64,000 nucleotides of DNA, from NCBI GenBank assembly GCA_040285855.1, contig JAUFOQ010000004.1, forward strand, positions 1,240,001 through 1,304,000. Direction: 5' to 3'. Position numbers and translations under genes: made by a program. Shown here piece after piece: positions 51,801 to 64,000 of this stretch. The notes under the pieces were generated by a model. It saw only the letters and a list, made by a program, of their open reading frames with translations. It was not told where the DNA came from and ran no database searches. Source of the stretch: Eukaryota sp. GEM-RC1 (lineage: Eukaryota). Positions within the stretch are counted from its first letter, which is position 1. Every line of letters begins with the position of its first letter.

Positions 51801-54800
51801 TTCTTTCATTGTTCAAGAATCAGCAGATAATAACTGGATCACTGGTCAAGTTCAATTGGCTAAGTCCATGGATTTCTTCAGTCACGTGATTCTTGATGAC
51901 GTGTCTGTATCAGAATTACAGTCTTCTATTGGATCCATCACTTGTCATTCTGATGTTTTGATGAGAAATGATGTCAGTATTTCCGTTGTTTCTTTTGTTT
52001 TCAATGATACTTTAATTCTTATCGATTCAACTTTTCTACTTGACATGATGCTTGTTATCTATGATTCTCAAACTATCACTGGATTTGGTACTATTGTTAG
52101 TAATTTTTTAAATTTTGGACGGCTTCGTCCTGATTCCATTATTGCATTTGAAGATGTTGTTTTTCTTTCACTTTCATCCATTGTTTCTTTTCAAATCAAT
52201 AATGATAGTTGTTACACCCAATTAGCAGTGAATTCCACTGTTTATTTAGATGGAATTCTAGAAGTAGAATTTGACTCGAATTTTCAATCAACTGATGCTA
52301 ATTTTACACTTATTCGGTCTAATCAAATTATCGGGAAATTTAGTCATATCACCAGTCGATGTGCTTCAGTATTAACTACTTTTTATTCAGATACGTCTCT
52401 TTCTGTTTCTTTAAATGATATTGTACTAGATCTTAATCAAGTTTCTTACATTTCTTCTTCTGGTGTTGATGATCCTTGTTGTGGAACTTTTGACAGTCCT
52501 TGTGCTTCTTTTAAAGGAGTTTTAGAAAGAATGGGAAGAAAAGGAAAGGTTTATTTTCATAGTGGTTACTCTTTCTTCAATCAAGGGTTCGGCAAATTAT
52601 TTGATGTTAATTGGGAAGTTACTGGTCTCGGTGACGTGATCATTGATGGAATCGATCTCGTCTTTCTTGATGCGGTTTCATCTTCTTTGACCATCCAAAA
52701 CTTAAAGTTTTACGGTAATAATGTTCTTTTGAAATTTGTAATTCATCAATCAATTTTGATTTTATGAACTTTCGTTCTGTCTCCAATGATAACCTGTTTC
52801 TAATGGAAAATTCCATTTTTCGCTTCACAAACTGTTTGCTTGATATTGATTCTCTTCGCCTATTTGAAGGTCTCAAATCTTCCATTGTTGTTGACAATTC
52901 TAGTTTTTCCGGATCTTTGTCTGACTCATTAATCTTGTTATCATCATCGTCATTGCTTGTTGACAATTCACTTTTTACCTACTTGAATACTAGTAATTTG
53001 GTTTATTCTTCTTTTACTTCTATTGAGTTCAGTCATTCGTCAATAATGGAAGTTACTGCTAACTCGGTATTTCATTTAGATCAATCTGATATCGTCTTGA
53101 GTGATTTAAATATTACTTCAGTTTCTTCAAAAGAATTTGTTTGCGGTAACTTATCAACTATTTTTCTGAGTTTGATCGAAATTGATCAATCAATTTCTAA
53201 TGTGTGGTTCAGTTTAATCAATTGTATATTCCACTTAAATAATTTGAATTTCTCTAGTACTCACGGTGATGCTTTCAGTGTTGTAAATTCAACGGACTTC
53301 TTTTTATCTATGGTTTTGGTTGTTAATCCAAACTTATCTGTCTTCCTTAACGCCTTAAATTCAGAATTGTCCATTTATCTTCTTTCTCTTTTCAACTGCA
53401 CAGGAAGTATACTAGAACATTCTGTCAATAGCTCAATTACCACACATAATTTGACCGTTACTGACTCACTATTTGATACTTTGTTTTTGTTATCAGATTC
53501 GTCCTTGAGTTTATCTTTGGGTAACATTGGTTCATCGTCGTTTAATAATAGTACACTTGTGCTTTATAACTCTACCCTGGAGGTGGAAGAGGTTACCATT
53601 GATTTGGTTTCAACTTCTATTTTATTAGAGTCAATGGAAAGTACTAGTACTTTTGAGAATGTTATTATACGTAATTATGATTTTCTCCAGTTTTTGGTAT
53701 TAACCAGATCTAAAGCGAGTTTCTACTCTCTGTCTATGGATCGTTGTCAACTTTTTGAATTAGATTATTCAATTTACGACATTATTTTAATTGAATCTTT
53801 TATAACACTGGAAAAATCTTATCTTTCGGGATGTGTTTCTAATGAACAATTTAAATTGAGTTTATATTCAGAACAATCTTTTCTCCATTTACTTGCTTTT
53901 GACCAGGAATTCTTCTTTTCTTCAATAGTTTTGGACCATTCCAATATTACTATAATGTCACATGTTTCAGTAATTTCAAAGTCTGTTTCCATTGATGAAG
54001 AATCTATTATCCTTGGGAATGCTCCATTACTAGATCTTTCGTTTTTAATTTCAAATATTTCAATTTCTCCTTCGCAACACTGTTGTAACACGTCTATCTG
54101 TCAGGTTTCTCTGAATTTCAATAATATAGGATATATTTCAGAGTTACTGGAACTTGCAGTTCCTAATAATGATGAATTCTACCACAACTTCTTATTGAAC
54201 TCTCTTGACTTTTTTTTTAACCGACATTATTACTTTCAATCCAATGAATAATTCAATTTATTTTAATTTAGGTTTTTCCAGAATATTTTCTTTTCATCAC
54301 CTATTCGTTCCTATGTGTCCTATTGAGTTTGTTAGTCTAGAACCTCCAACTAGAGGTGGATATGTACCACTGTTTGCTTTTAATCTTGGATTAGATCCTA
54401 TTGTTATTCATCATTCAACTGCATGGGTCAATCAAAGTCTCGAATATTCTTCAAGTAATCATGAAAATTTAAATATTTTATTTTTTGAGGGTCATGGGTG
54501 TCATGAAATGGTCATATCTAGATCAACTGATACGGAGACGTTGTTCTTTCTTTACTGTTTTAAACAACCTATCATTCATTCTGTAACTCCAAATCCTTTC
54601 CCTTTAACCGGATCACTGATTTTAAAAGGATCAGATTTCTCCACAGATTTTGAATTTTTCTCTTTACTTTCAACTTTTCCACAAACAGTTGTTTCTAATT
54701 ACACTCATGATGAAATAATCTTGTATATCCCTTATATTTGCGACATCACTTCGGCCACATTTGAAGTATTTCTAGTAATTGGAAATCAGTCTACTAATAT

Positions 54801-57800
54801 TTTCCAACTTGTTTTTGGACCACCCAGAGTTACTTATTACCCTATTCCTCTTTCGCCTTCTGGTAAAACGATTTTTCTTTATGATACCAATTTTTCCAAA
54901 ATGTTCAACTGTTTCGACAATTCATCAATTGAATTTTCTGTTGACACGTCCTCTTTTGAAGTTATATCTGATCATCAAATAAAGGTTATAACTGGTTCAC
55001 TATATGGATCTACTGAGTTTGTAATCGCTTTCCAATATTTCAAAGATTTCAATTTTTTAATTTCTATACCGGTGACGTCATTTGTCGCTAGAGATACTGT
55101 GTTTATTTGTTTCGTAGGCTTTGCTTGTGAACTTGAAGTATACAATTATTTGGAGTCCTTTTCGTTTCTTGAAACTTTCATTGAACCTAATGTACCTGAT
55201 AGTATTTACTTTCTTTATTTTGGTTCAACCGAATCATCTGCTTCTGTTACATTTATTTCTTATGTACCTGGAATACCACAAGATCTAAAAATTTGCTCCA
55301 AACTTGGATGTTTTTCTATTTTTAACTTACCGTTTGTCGTTCAACCGGCTTATTTATCTCCAAAGCATGTCCAATGGTTAAATGAACCTATAACTACTGA
55401 AGTTCTTGTTGAAGTTGAGGGTATTTCATTTTACAGTTTCTCTGTGATTCAAAACAGTTTTCATTTTGACAATTGCTCATCTATACTTTCTGGTTTCTCT
55501 GAATCTTCCCTAATTTTTGATGTTGAGTTTTCTAGTATGGGAAATTGTACTTTAATAGGAACATCATTTTTAGATATTTTACCTTTAAGCCTTTCAGTTG
55601 AAGCCAAGAATTTTCTTATTTTTCCCCCAGAAGTTAGTTTTAATTCACGCATTGAGTTTACTCTTGTTGAAGATATTAAACATCTTTTTATAACCGTTGG
55701 GAGTCAAGCTGTACCTGTTAACAATGGGGCAAATATTTTAAATTTACAAGATGCTTCTACATTTATCACTCTTCACAGATTCTCTCAGTCAATGAACATC
55801 AGTGTTGTTACCTCTATGTTTTACTCAGAAATTCCTGAGGTAATTGAGCTCAATAATTCTCAGTCAAGCCTGATTGATTTAAGAAATATACTTTATCGTT
55901 TAAATGTACGTTGTCTTGGTTTCTGTGATTTACACTCGAAGTATATACATGAATCAGTTCCAATTATCTCTTTTACTGGATTTGAGTCCGAAACAATTAC
56001 TTTGGAGTTTATTATTCTTTATCTTAATTCCAATTTCAACTTTCGAATTCCTATAGTAGTAGAAAATCCTCCAGTGTTTGAACTTATAAGTCCAAATGTT
56101 GTCACAACATCTGAAGATTCTCTTCTAGAAATTTTGAGTTTCTCACATTTTGTCATAACAGGATATTTTTTGATTGATGATTCTGTTATTGAACCTACTA
56201 ATGTTGAGCTCATCTCCAGTTCTGATTCCTTCTTTGTTTACAGATTTGATCTGAATCTTACTTCCATGTCAGTGTTTGACGGTGAATATGCCCTAGATCT
56301 TTGTTGGTCTCAGATAGGATTCAGAAGACAGCTTGTTTCAGAAATTAAATTCTTCAATTTGGAATTCAGCAGTAACGATCACGTCAGTGTTTTTGAACAT
56401 CGTGATATTTCTGTTGACTTCAAAGGAAATATTACTTCAAACGTGACTTGTTCTATTGATGACCAAACCTTCTTCGGACAAGTCGTTGATCACGTGCTGG
56501 TTTGCAAGAGTGTCCGAATTCCAACTTTTCAGCAACACGTGTCTGTTGACATTTACTATGATTACTTTCTTTTGAATTCTTTTGAACTTTATGGTGAGGC
56601 TTTTTTGGAGGAGATATGCTTCAGCTCATTTACACATCACCCTGTGGTAAATTCTTTTGAGATTAATTCAAATATGAAAACAAATTTAATATTTGATGGT
56701 TCAAGATGTTGTAGTGTTGATGTTTCTTATTGTTCAGAATTCTTTTACATTACCGAAATGGTTTCTTTTTTCTTTGAATCTAATTATGACATTCATCACA
56801 TCATAATCACGTCTAATTCTAGTTGTCAGGGCATTGACTCTGGTTTTCCTTTTGCGCTGATTGTCAACAATCAATCTCTTTCCACTTCCGTTTCTTGTAA
56901 ACAAATTCCTAGTGGTTATTCATTTGCATCAATGTGTGAAATAGATTTAATCTTAGCAAATACTTCTGAAATTACTCTACTACCTTTAGATGACGTTTTT
57001 TTACTAGAAGTAGAGTTTTATGGTTACAAATCTAATTCTTGTTTTAAACCTTTTCATTGGTAAAAGGAGTAACTTCTCTAGGACAAATAATTGACGAAGT
57101 TATTCATTTGCGATTTAATAATCAATCATATTATTCAATTTCAGAATTCAAACAATTTGTGGTTGATAAGACAACTTTCTGGTCATCATCATCTCTATCT
57201 TTTCCCACTGAGTTATATTCTTCTTATTGTTATTATTCTATTGTTAGTCATCCAACTGTTTTTACTGCGTCGTCAGCAGTATTTGTGATCTTTCTAGCTG
57301 ATGTTGTAGAACTAAATCCTCAATATTTGAATATTTCAATTCCGATATTGTGTGTCGATCCTTTGAATTTCGTTGTTGACTGTGGTGATATGTTTACAGT
57401 AATGACTTCAACATTTGAATACTTGAAATTTGATGTCATTTCCAATTCATTGATTTTCTTTTTATCGAATATGATCAATCTTGGGGAACATTCGTTCTTA
57501 ATTACTTACAATCAAAGTCAGTTTTATTGGAATGTGAATGTTATTCAAAATTTTAATGAAATATTTGAAGTTGGTCATTTTAAAACTACTAGATGTGATC
57601 ATCACTATACCTCTGATAATGCATGTACTTTATTGGACTTCTCATCTAAATTGATAATTCAAAATCAATTTTCTAATTATTCGAAAGCCATTATGTTTTC
57701 AGATTTAAGTATTGCTCTTGAAGTTGCGTCTTCAGTTTTACATGTCGTTAATGAATCCACGTTGCAGATTATTGGACCTCCACGTCAGTCAATGACGATT

Positions 57801-59024
57801 ACAATTTCCTATTTATCGCATTCTGCTACTAGCAATCTGGTATCCAATGATTGTCACTTTCCTAAATTGAATTCTGGACATGGATGTTTATGTTCAAAAG
57901 GAATGGAATTTAATTCTCTTGGTGAATGTGTGGAATGTTCGCTAAATTATTATTCAAATTCAGAATTTAATTCAGAATGCAGATTTTGTTCTTTTCCTAG
58001 AATCACTCTTCAAAAAGGTTCTAGTGATCTTGACCAATGTGTTTGTCCTTTAAACACTCTAGATTCTGTAGATCATTGTTTACCTTGTCCTCATTTAGCT
58101 GAATGTGGATATGGAAATTTGACTGGAATTGAACCTGCTTTTAGATTAAATACTGATACTTGGGAACTAAATGAGTGTGTGTTTTGGTATAGTTGTCACC
58201 AGAATTCCTGCAGATCACGTCATGCTTATGGAGATTTGTGTCAATATTGTACTGAAGATGCTGTTTCTAGTCGAATTTACTGTATCGGAAAAGAACATTT
58301 ATTTTTTAAAATTCTTCTATTCATGTTTTTTGTTGTAGTTCTGTTTGTTGCAGATGTGCTCCTCATTGTCTTTCTTCAATCAAAAGTATTGTCACGTGCT
58401 TTGCGATTGTCCATCTCTTCTTTATCGTTTTTCCGATCATCTCAAATTTTGAAGCATCATTTAAATTATTCAAATATTTTGAATGTCTTTCTTTTCTCAG
58501 TTTCAGTCTTCAGTTACAAAAGAGTTTCCTTCAGTTTAATTTTTCTTGAGTATGTTTCATCTCTGTTTTATTTAGATAAGTCAATGATATTGTTACCTTT
58601 AATTGTGTGCTCTCTGTCGTTTTCTTCAAGATTTTGCTTAACAGAATATTTTAAGTTCAAAACTTTTAATATTTTCCATAGTTCCTTCTTTACTGGAGCT
58701 GCCTTTATTTCACTAAATTATGTTTTTGGAATGACTTTGTCTCATTTCTTTAGTCAACAATTGCCATTTCTATTATTTATTTTTGTTTTTATTCATATTA
58801 TTTTTGTTTTTTATGTCATATATGCTCAACGAACACTCCCTTATATCTTTTCACTTGTTGCTTATTGTGTCATAATCTTTGCAGAGTTGCTGCCCAGTTT
58901 AATTTATTTCATTGTTCAAACAGTTTCATTGATTTGTCTTTACTGTGTTTCTACTTCTTTTGAACGAGTTGTTCTTGGAATTAGTTCTTTAGTTTGTGTA
59001 CATAATTTCATGGTGTATGTTTGA
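45838..59024 (+). pseudogene. Giant surface-protein paralog D, full length (~4,390 codons) with three LamG domains (~48025-48610, ~49397-49985, ~50757-51340), stalk type 2 and a divergent TM type 2
   Basis: MIAIILILCCCAFAS signal, collinear with B and C. Many homopolymer frameshifts, a ~10-nt deletion near 48735, and in-frame TGA 49985-49987 (GGA in B). Confidence 0.85.
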
Positions 59025-59549
59025 GTTTGATTTACTGTTGTGGTTTTCCATTTTTTGATTGTTTGAACCTATATGAGCCGACGTTTTCTTACTTGATTAC
59101 AAGAAAGTAATAAACATAACAATTCATGTATAATACATCTTCTGTAACAATGCACGTTAGTAAAAAAAGCTATGTAGCGGATATGTCTTTGTTTTCAATA
59201 GAACGTTTGTAGATAAACAAGATACTATATGATGCTATCAAAATATTTGAAATAATTAATATGTTCAATATTAATCAATCTTTATCACAAATCAATTTGG
59301 TTATATCATATGGACCAGTCCTGAGTACGGCATTACCACACCAGACGAAGGCCATTGGAGGATGTACTGGGTATTCACATCCTAATTTAGATAAGAATAA
59401 AATACTTATTTAAGTGCAGAAAGATATTCAGTTATCTTCTTTTTGTATGTTTTTGTTGCTTGCTTGTTCTTACGTGTAAACCAATTTTTGTTGACTGATT
59501 ACAACCTGTTGTGATTTTTGATATAATTACCCACTTCTATACACTGATG

Positions 59550-60185
59550 GTCAAACCGTAAACTGAAAGTTAGTGTAGTTATGGAATTGTCATAATTACG
59601 GTACGATTTTAAGTTGGTACTTCCAACTGTTGATTTCCGTAAAATAGAGTTTCCCGTAAAATACGCAAAATATTTATGGAAAAACAATTCTAAAATATAT
59701 TTCGGTCAACAATGCCAAGACGAAGCTTTGCTTTCACGAAGCTGAAAGACCCGCTACATCCTCCCAGAAACCATACCGTAATCGCTTCTGACTGCTACAA
59801 GTGCAAATACTGTTTTTTCTCCTGGATTATGAAGTGAAAGGGAAACTCCAATCTACTACTTGCCAAAACTGGTAATATGAATGCATATCACAGTTTTGAA
59901 TTGTTAGAACCTCAAAAAAAGTGTTCAATATGCTGTTCCAATTCTTTCCAAAAAGAAAATAAGAGGATTGTGGTGTTAGAAATAAATATGATTGTGACTA
60001 TGGTTTCCACTTCAAACAAACGAACAGTATGATATCAATTCATGTACTAAACACGTCTAAAAACAGAAAGTACGTTTAGGTTTACGCTGAAATACAATAC
60101 GGTACCGTATGGCAATTACTTACGGAAAATAACATTCTTGCTATAAAATAATGTTCCGTATAATACGGAAATTATTTACGGAGTC
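59550..60185. repeat. Region rich in TACGG/CCGTA motifs with palindromes; possible decayed DNA-transposon ends
   Basis: ATACGGTACCGTAT (60097-60110, perfect palindrome), TTCCGTAT-A-ATACGGAA (60154-60170), and further CCGTA/TACGG copies at ~59556-59660 in otherwise CpG-poor DNA. Confidence 0.5.
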
Positions 60186-60548
60186 ATCTCAAAAGTTGCT
60201 GCATTTATGGTTTTGTATTTTGACGATCACCGCTTCTACTAAAAGTTTTAGTCCAAAACTGGAAAGAAATTCCGATGCAAGTGCAGCATCAAGTGAAGTA
60301 CAACATCTTGGAAACGTTTGTTAGGATCCGCTTCCCACCTTTAATTCCATAATAAGCAACAGTAACCCGGCACTGTTGTTCAGCATTAGATGTAGAATCA
60401 AAAGAGAACATTATATAAAAGAAGAAAAAGTTTGGGAAAAAGATGGAAATTTATTGGGAGTATGTATCTGAAGTGAAAAGCACTGTGTACATTGTAGTCA
60501 AGACCTTCCAGTCTATATCCTGAACCATAATCCCGACAATTCAAGACC

Positions 60549-63500
60549 ATGGTCGTGGTCTTTCTTCTCCTTTGCTGTTATACTTATGCCTCAAATTGTC
60601 GATGGAATGTCACGACTGATGGATTTTGGTTTGACAGTAACAACTGGGATCGAGGTATCGTTCCCTCTCAACATTCTTTCGCTATTCTCCCACCTCAAAC
60701 CGTTCTTTTAACAGCATTTGTTGAATTCAAAGTTGATATAACGTCTCTCGCTCTGTCCTCCAATGTTGAGCTTTTTTTCACCGATAACTCTACCCTAACC
60801 GTGTCTGATAGCCTTGTCATGAATGGGGGTAGCTTAAGCACCGATACATCGTCTCCTCTCTCTTTTTCTTCTGTTAAATCTCTCATTGTGGATTCTGTTG
60901 ATCCTATTACTTTCTCTTCTCACAAACTCATAGTCTGCATGATTGAGTCATTCCACTGCTGTTGACGTTAATAATGACGTGTGGTCTTGGGGTAATCATT
61001 TCGACGGTGCTCTAGGTAGAACTACTACCTCTCCTAATGAAAGATTCATTCCAGGTCGTATTACTCATTTGGAGAACAAAGAAATTAGTGGTATCAATGC
61101 ATATTATAGGTCTAATTTTGCTTATAGTTCACAGTCTAGTGAGAAGGAAAATTTTCACTTATCAATTCAGAAGTACAGTTATATTCCTCGAAGTTCGACG
61201 TTAGAACAATTTCTCTAACATACTCGACTCTTTATTTAAATGACGTCTATTTTAACAATTTAAAATTCTTCGAATTATTGGCTAATTCATCAGTAAATGT
61301 AACTAGTGACTCCAAAATTGCTTCTGATGATCTAACTATCACCTTAAATTCAAGTGATCTCTACTATGATGATTCAGTCGACATATCGTCATCAAGTGTC
61401 AGTTTGATTGCTATCAACAGTCGTTTCCAGAATGATTTTGACTTTGATAATATCCGTGTTTTAGATTTATCCTTTTCAACTTTTGAGTCAGCTTCAAGTA
61501 TTCATATCATTGTTGGGTACTTCTCTTGTTTTCATTGTCAACTACTTGGAAACTCTTCGTTGTTGACAGAAACATATTCTGAGATTAATTCAGGGAATTT
61601 CTCATCTTCATTAGTTGTTACACAATCAGCAGATACTAATACGCTCATTGGTCAAGTTCAATTGGCGAATTCTATTGATTTCTTCAGTTACGTGATTCTT
61701 GATGACGTGTCAGTTTCAGAATTCCAGTCTTCGATTGGGTCCATCATTTGTCATTCTGATGTTTTGATGAGAAATGTTGTAGCTATTTCCAGTATTCCGT
61801 TCGTTTTCCACAATGCATTGATTTTATCTGATGCAACTGTCTTTCTTGATCCGCTCTTTGTTCTCTTAGATTTTCAAACTTTGAAAGGCGTTGGTACTAT
61901 TGATACTAATATTTTAAATTTTGGAAGAATTAATCCTTCTTCTACATTAACTTTTAATGACAATCTTACTCTTTCCTTTTCGTCCATAGTAACTCTTCAG
62001 ATCAGTAACGACAGTTCTTCTACTCAATTAATTGTTGGTTCAACTGCTTATTTAGATGGAATACTAGAAATTGAATTTGACACAAAGTCTGACTCAACCA
62101 GGTATAATTATACTCTGATAGAGTCTGATCAAATTAATGGAAGATTTAGAAGCATAATTAATCCTTGTGCTTCACTTATAACCACCTTTTATTCAAAGTC
62201 TTCTCTAATTGTCTCTGTAAATGATTTTGTAGTCGACTTACAACAAGGTTCTTACGTTTCACCTACTGGAGTTGATGATCCTTGTTGTGGAACTTTTGAC
62301 AGTCCTTGTGCTTCTTTTAGAGGAGTTTTAGAAAGAATGGGAAGAAAAGGGACGGTGTATTTCCATAGTGGTCACTATTTGTTTAATCAAGGTTTCGGCA
62401 AATTAATTGATGTTGATTGGGAAGTTATTGGTCTCGTTGACGTCATCATTGATGGAAGTGATGAGACTATACTTGACATTATTTATTCTTCTTTGACCTT
62501 TCATAATTTAATTATCTACGGCAAAAATGTAGTTTTTGAGGTTTCTGATTCATCAATCATTTTTGATTTCGTGAGTGTTCTTTCCGTCTCTAATGATACC
62601 ATGTTTTTAATTGAAAATTCCTCTTTAACTACAACAAACTGTCTGTTTGACATCGATTCTTTTCGTCTATTTGAATGTATTGAATCTTTACTTTTCATCA
62701 ACAATTCTAGTTTTTCCGGATCATTGTCTGACTCGTTAATCTCGTTGTCATCATCGTCAATGATTTTTGACAATACACTTTTTAATGACTTGAATGTTAA
62801 TAATTTGGTTGTTTCTTCCTCTTCGTCTATTAAACTCAATCATTTATCAATAACGGAAGTAACTGCTAACACTGTATTTCAATTACATCAGTCTATTATT
62901 CTCATGAATAATTTAATTGTTTTTTCAATCTTTTCAAAAGACTTTTGTTTATAGTACGTTCTCAATTATTTCTCTAAATACTCTCAAAGTGGATCAATCA
63001 ATTTCTACTGTGTGGTTCAGTTTAATCAATTGTAAATTCCACTTACAAAATTTGAATTTCTCAAGTATTCACGGTGATGCTTTTAGTGTCTTAAATTCGA
63101 CGGACTCCTCTTTATCTATGGTTTTGGTTGTGAATTCGAACTTGTCCATCTTTCTCAACGTTTTAAATTCAGGATTGTCCATCAACTCTCTTTCTCTTTT
63201 CAACTGTATAGGAAGTATACTAGAATCTTGTGTTAATAGTTCAATTACCACACAGAATTTGGCCATTACTGATTCATTATTTGATACTTTGTTTTTGTTA
63301 TCAGACTCGTCCTTGAGTTTATCTTTGGGTAACATTGGGTCATCGTCGTTTAATAATAGTACACTTGTGCTTTATAACTCTACCCTGGACATGGAAGAAG
63401 TTACCATTGATTTGGTTTCAACTTCTATTTTCTTAGAGTCTATAGAAAGTAATAGTACTTTTAAGAATATTGTATTACGTCGTTATGAGTTTCTCCAGTT

Positions 63501-64000
63501 TTTGGTTCTAACTCTGTCCAAAACTAATTTTTTTCTCTATTCATGGATCGTTGCCAACTGTCTGAATTAGATTTTTCAGTATATGATATTTTTTTAATTG
63601 ACTCGTATCTAACTCTGGAAAAATCTAATATTTCTGGATGTGTTTCTAACCAAGACTTTAAGTTGAGTTTATATTCAGAAAAATCTTACCTGTATTTTCA
63701 TAAGTTTGATCAGGAATTCTACTTTTCTTCATTGGTTTTAGATCATTCCAATGTCTCAATAATGTCATATTCCCCAGTAATTTCTAAGTCTGTTTTAATT
63801 GATGAAGAATCTATTATAATTGGTAATGCTCCATTACTAGATCTTTCCAGATTAATTTCGAATATTTCGATTTTTCCTTCACAACACTGCTGCAACACGT
63901 CTATTTGTCAAGTTTCTCTGAATTTTGATAATATCGAGTATCTTTCAGAGTTACTAGAACTCTCAATCCTTAATAATTTTCTTATTTTTCCACCAGAGGT
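60549..64000 (+). pseudogene. Giant surface-protein paralog E, internally deleted, running off the window
   Basis: MVVVFLLLCCYTYAS signal. Jumps at ~60935 (skips most of RCC1), ~61138 (skips all LamG domains) and ~63976 (skips the TIG-like region), plus homopolymer frameshifts near 62935 and 63530. Confidence 0.85.

Noticed and set aside
6844..59024. Short introns at the ORF breaks
   Set aside because: Paralog alignment shows 1-nt differences or deletions, not extra GT…AG segments.
832..63335. Recurrent antisense ORFs (832-1137, 12983-13369, 52640-52966, 62516-62839, 43143-43685 and others)
   Set aside because: Shadow frames of low-complexity or repetitive sense coding; they recur only because the sense genes are paralogous.
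5..63570. Treating the many listed ORFs as separate operon-like genes
   Set aside because: They are collinear fragments of five long genes, and breakpoints in one copy are read through in another.
1..64000. CRISPR arrays, tRNA/rRNA genes, telomeric repeats
   Set aside because: No regularly spaced repeat-spacer units, cloverleaf or rRNA-like GC-rich segments, or telomere-like tandem arrays were seen by eye.
1..64000. Assigning the organism to a specific protist lineage
   Set aside because: Gene style suggests an intron-poor free-living protist, possibly a metamonad, but the window has no marker gene to support a taxon call.

Overview
AT-rich eukaryotic, protist-like DNA with no introns evident. 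Most of the window is a cluster of five paralogs of a giant surface-protein gene of about 12-13 kb (~4,000 aa): A <1-5807 +, B 6844-19429 +, C 40252-28385 -, D 45838-59024 +, E 60549->64000 +. The inferred architecture is signal peptide, adhesin-like W-x5-G-x-W-x4-NW start, RCC1 beta-propeller, 2-3 LamG/ConA-like domains set into a beta-solenoid scaffold, YVS-x-x-G-x-D-x-x-CCG-x4-PC motif, Ser/Leu/Asn-rich solenoid, IPT/TIG-like repeats, a galactose-binding-like domain, a Cys-rich ephrin-receptor-like block and about 8-9 hydrophobic helices. The ORF track splits these genes mainly at 1-nt homopolymer indels, which are probably long-read errors. Copy C has only such breaks and is likely intact (~3,957 aa after repair), while A, B, D and E also carry nonsense codons and/or deletions. 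The copies are mosaics: alternative module types switch at near-identical DNA anchor blocks, LamG number varies, and a near-identical ~500 bp tract is shared by damaged copy A and copy C. This suggests a recombination-diversified receptor/antigen repertoire with a pseudogene archive (inference). Between the copies lie a 5'-truncated TmcB/TmcC-like multi-pass membrane gene, an RI/NLRC3-like LRR gene, several remnants of RLE-type (CRE/R2-like) non-LTR retrotransposons, a pogo/DDE_1 transposase relic and two MITE-like elements. All family assignments are by eye from motifs; no searches were run.
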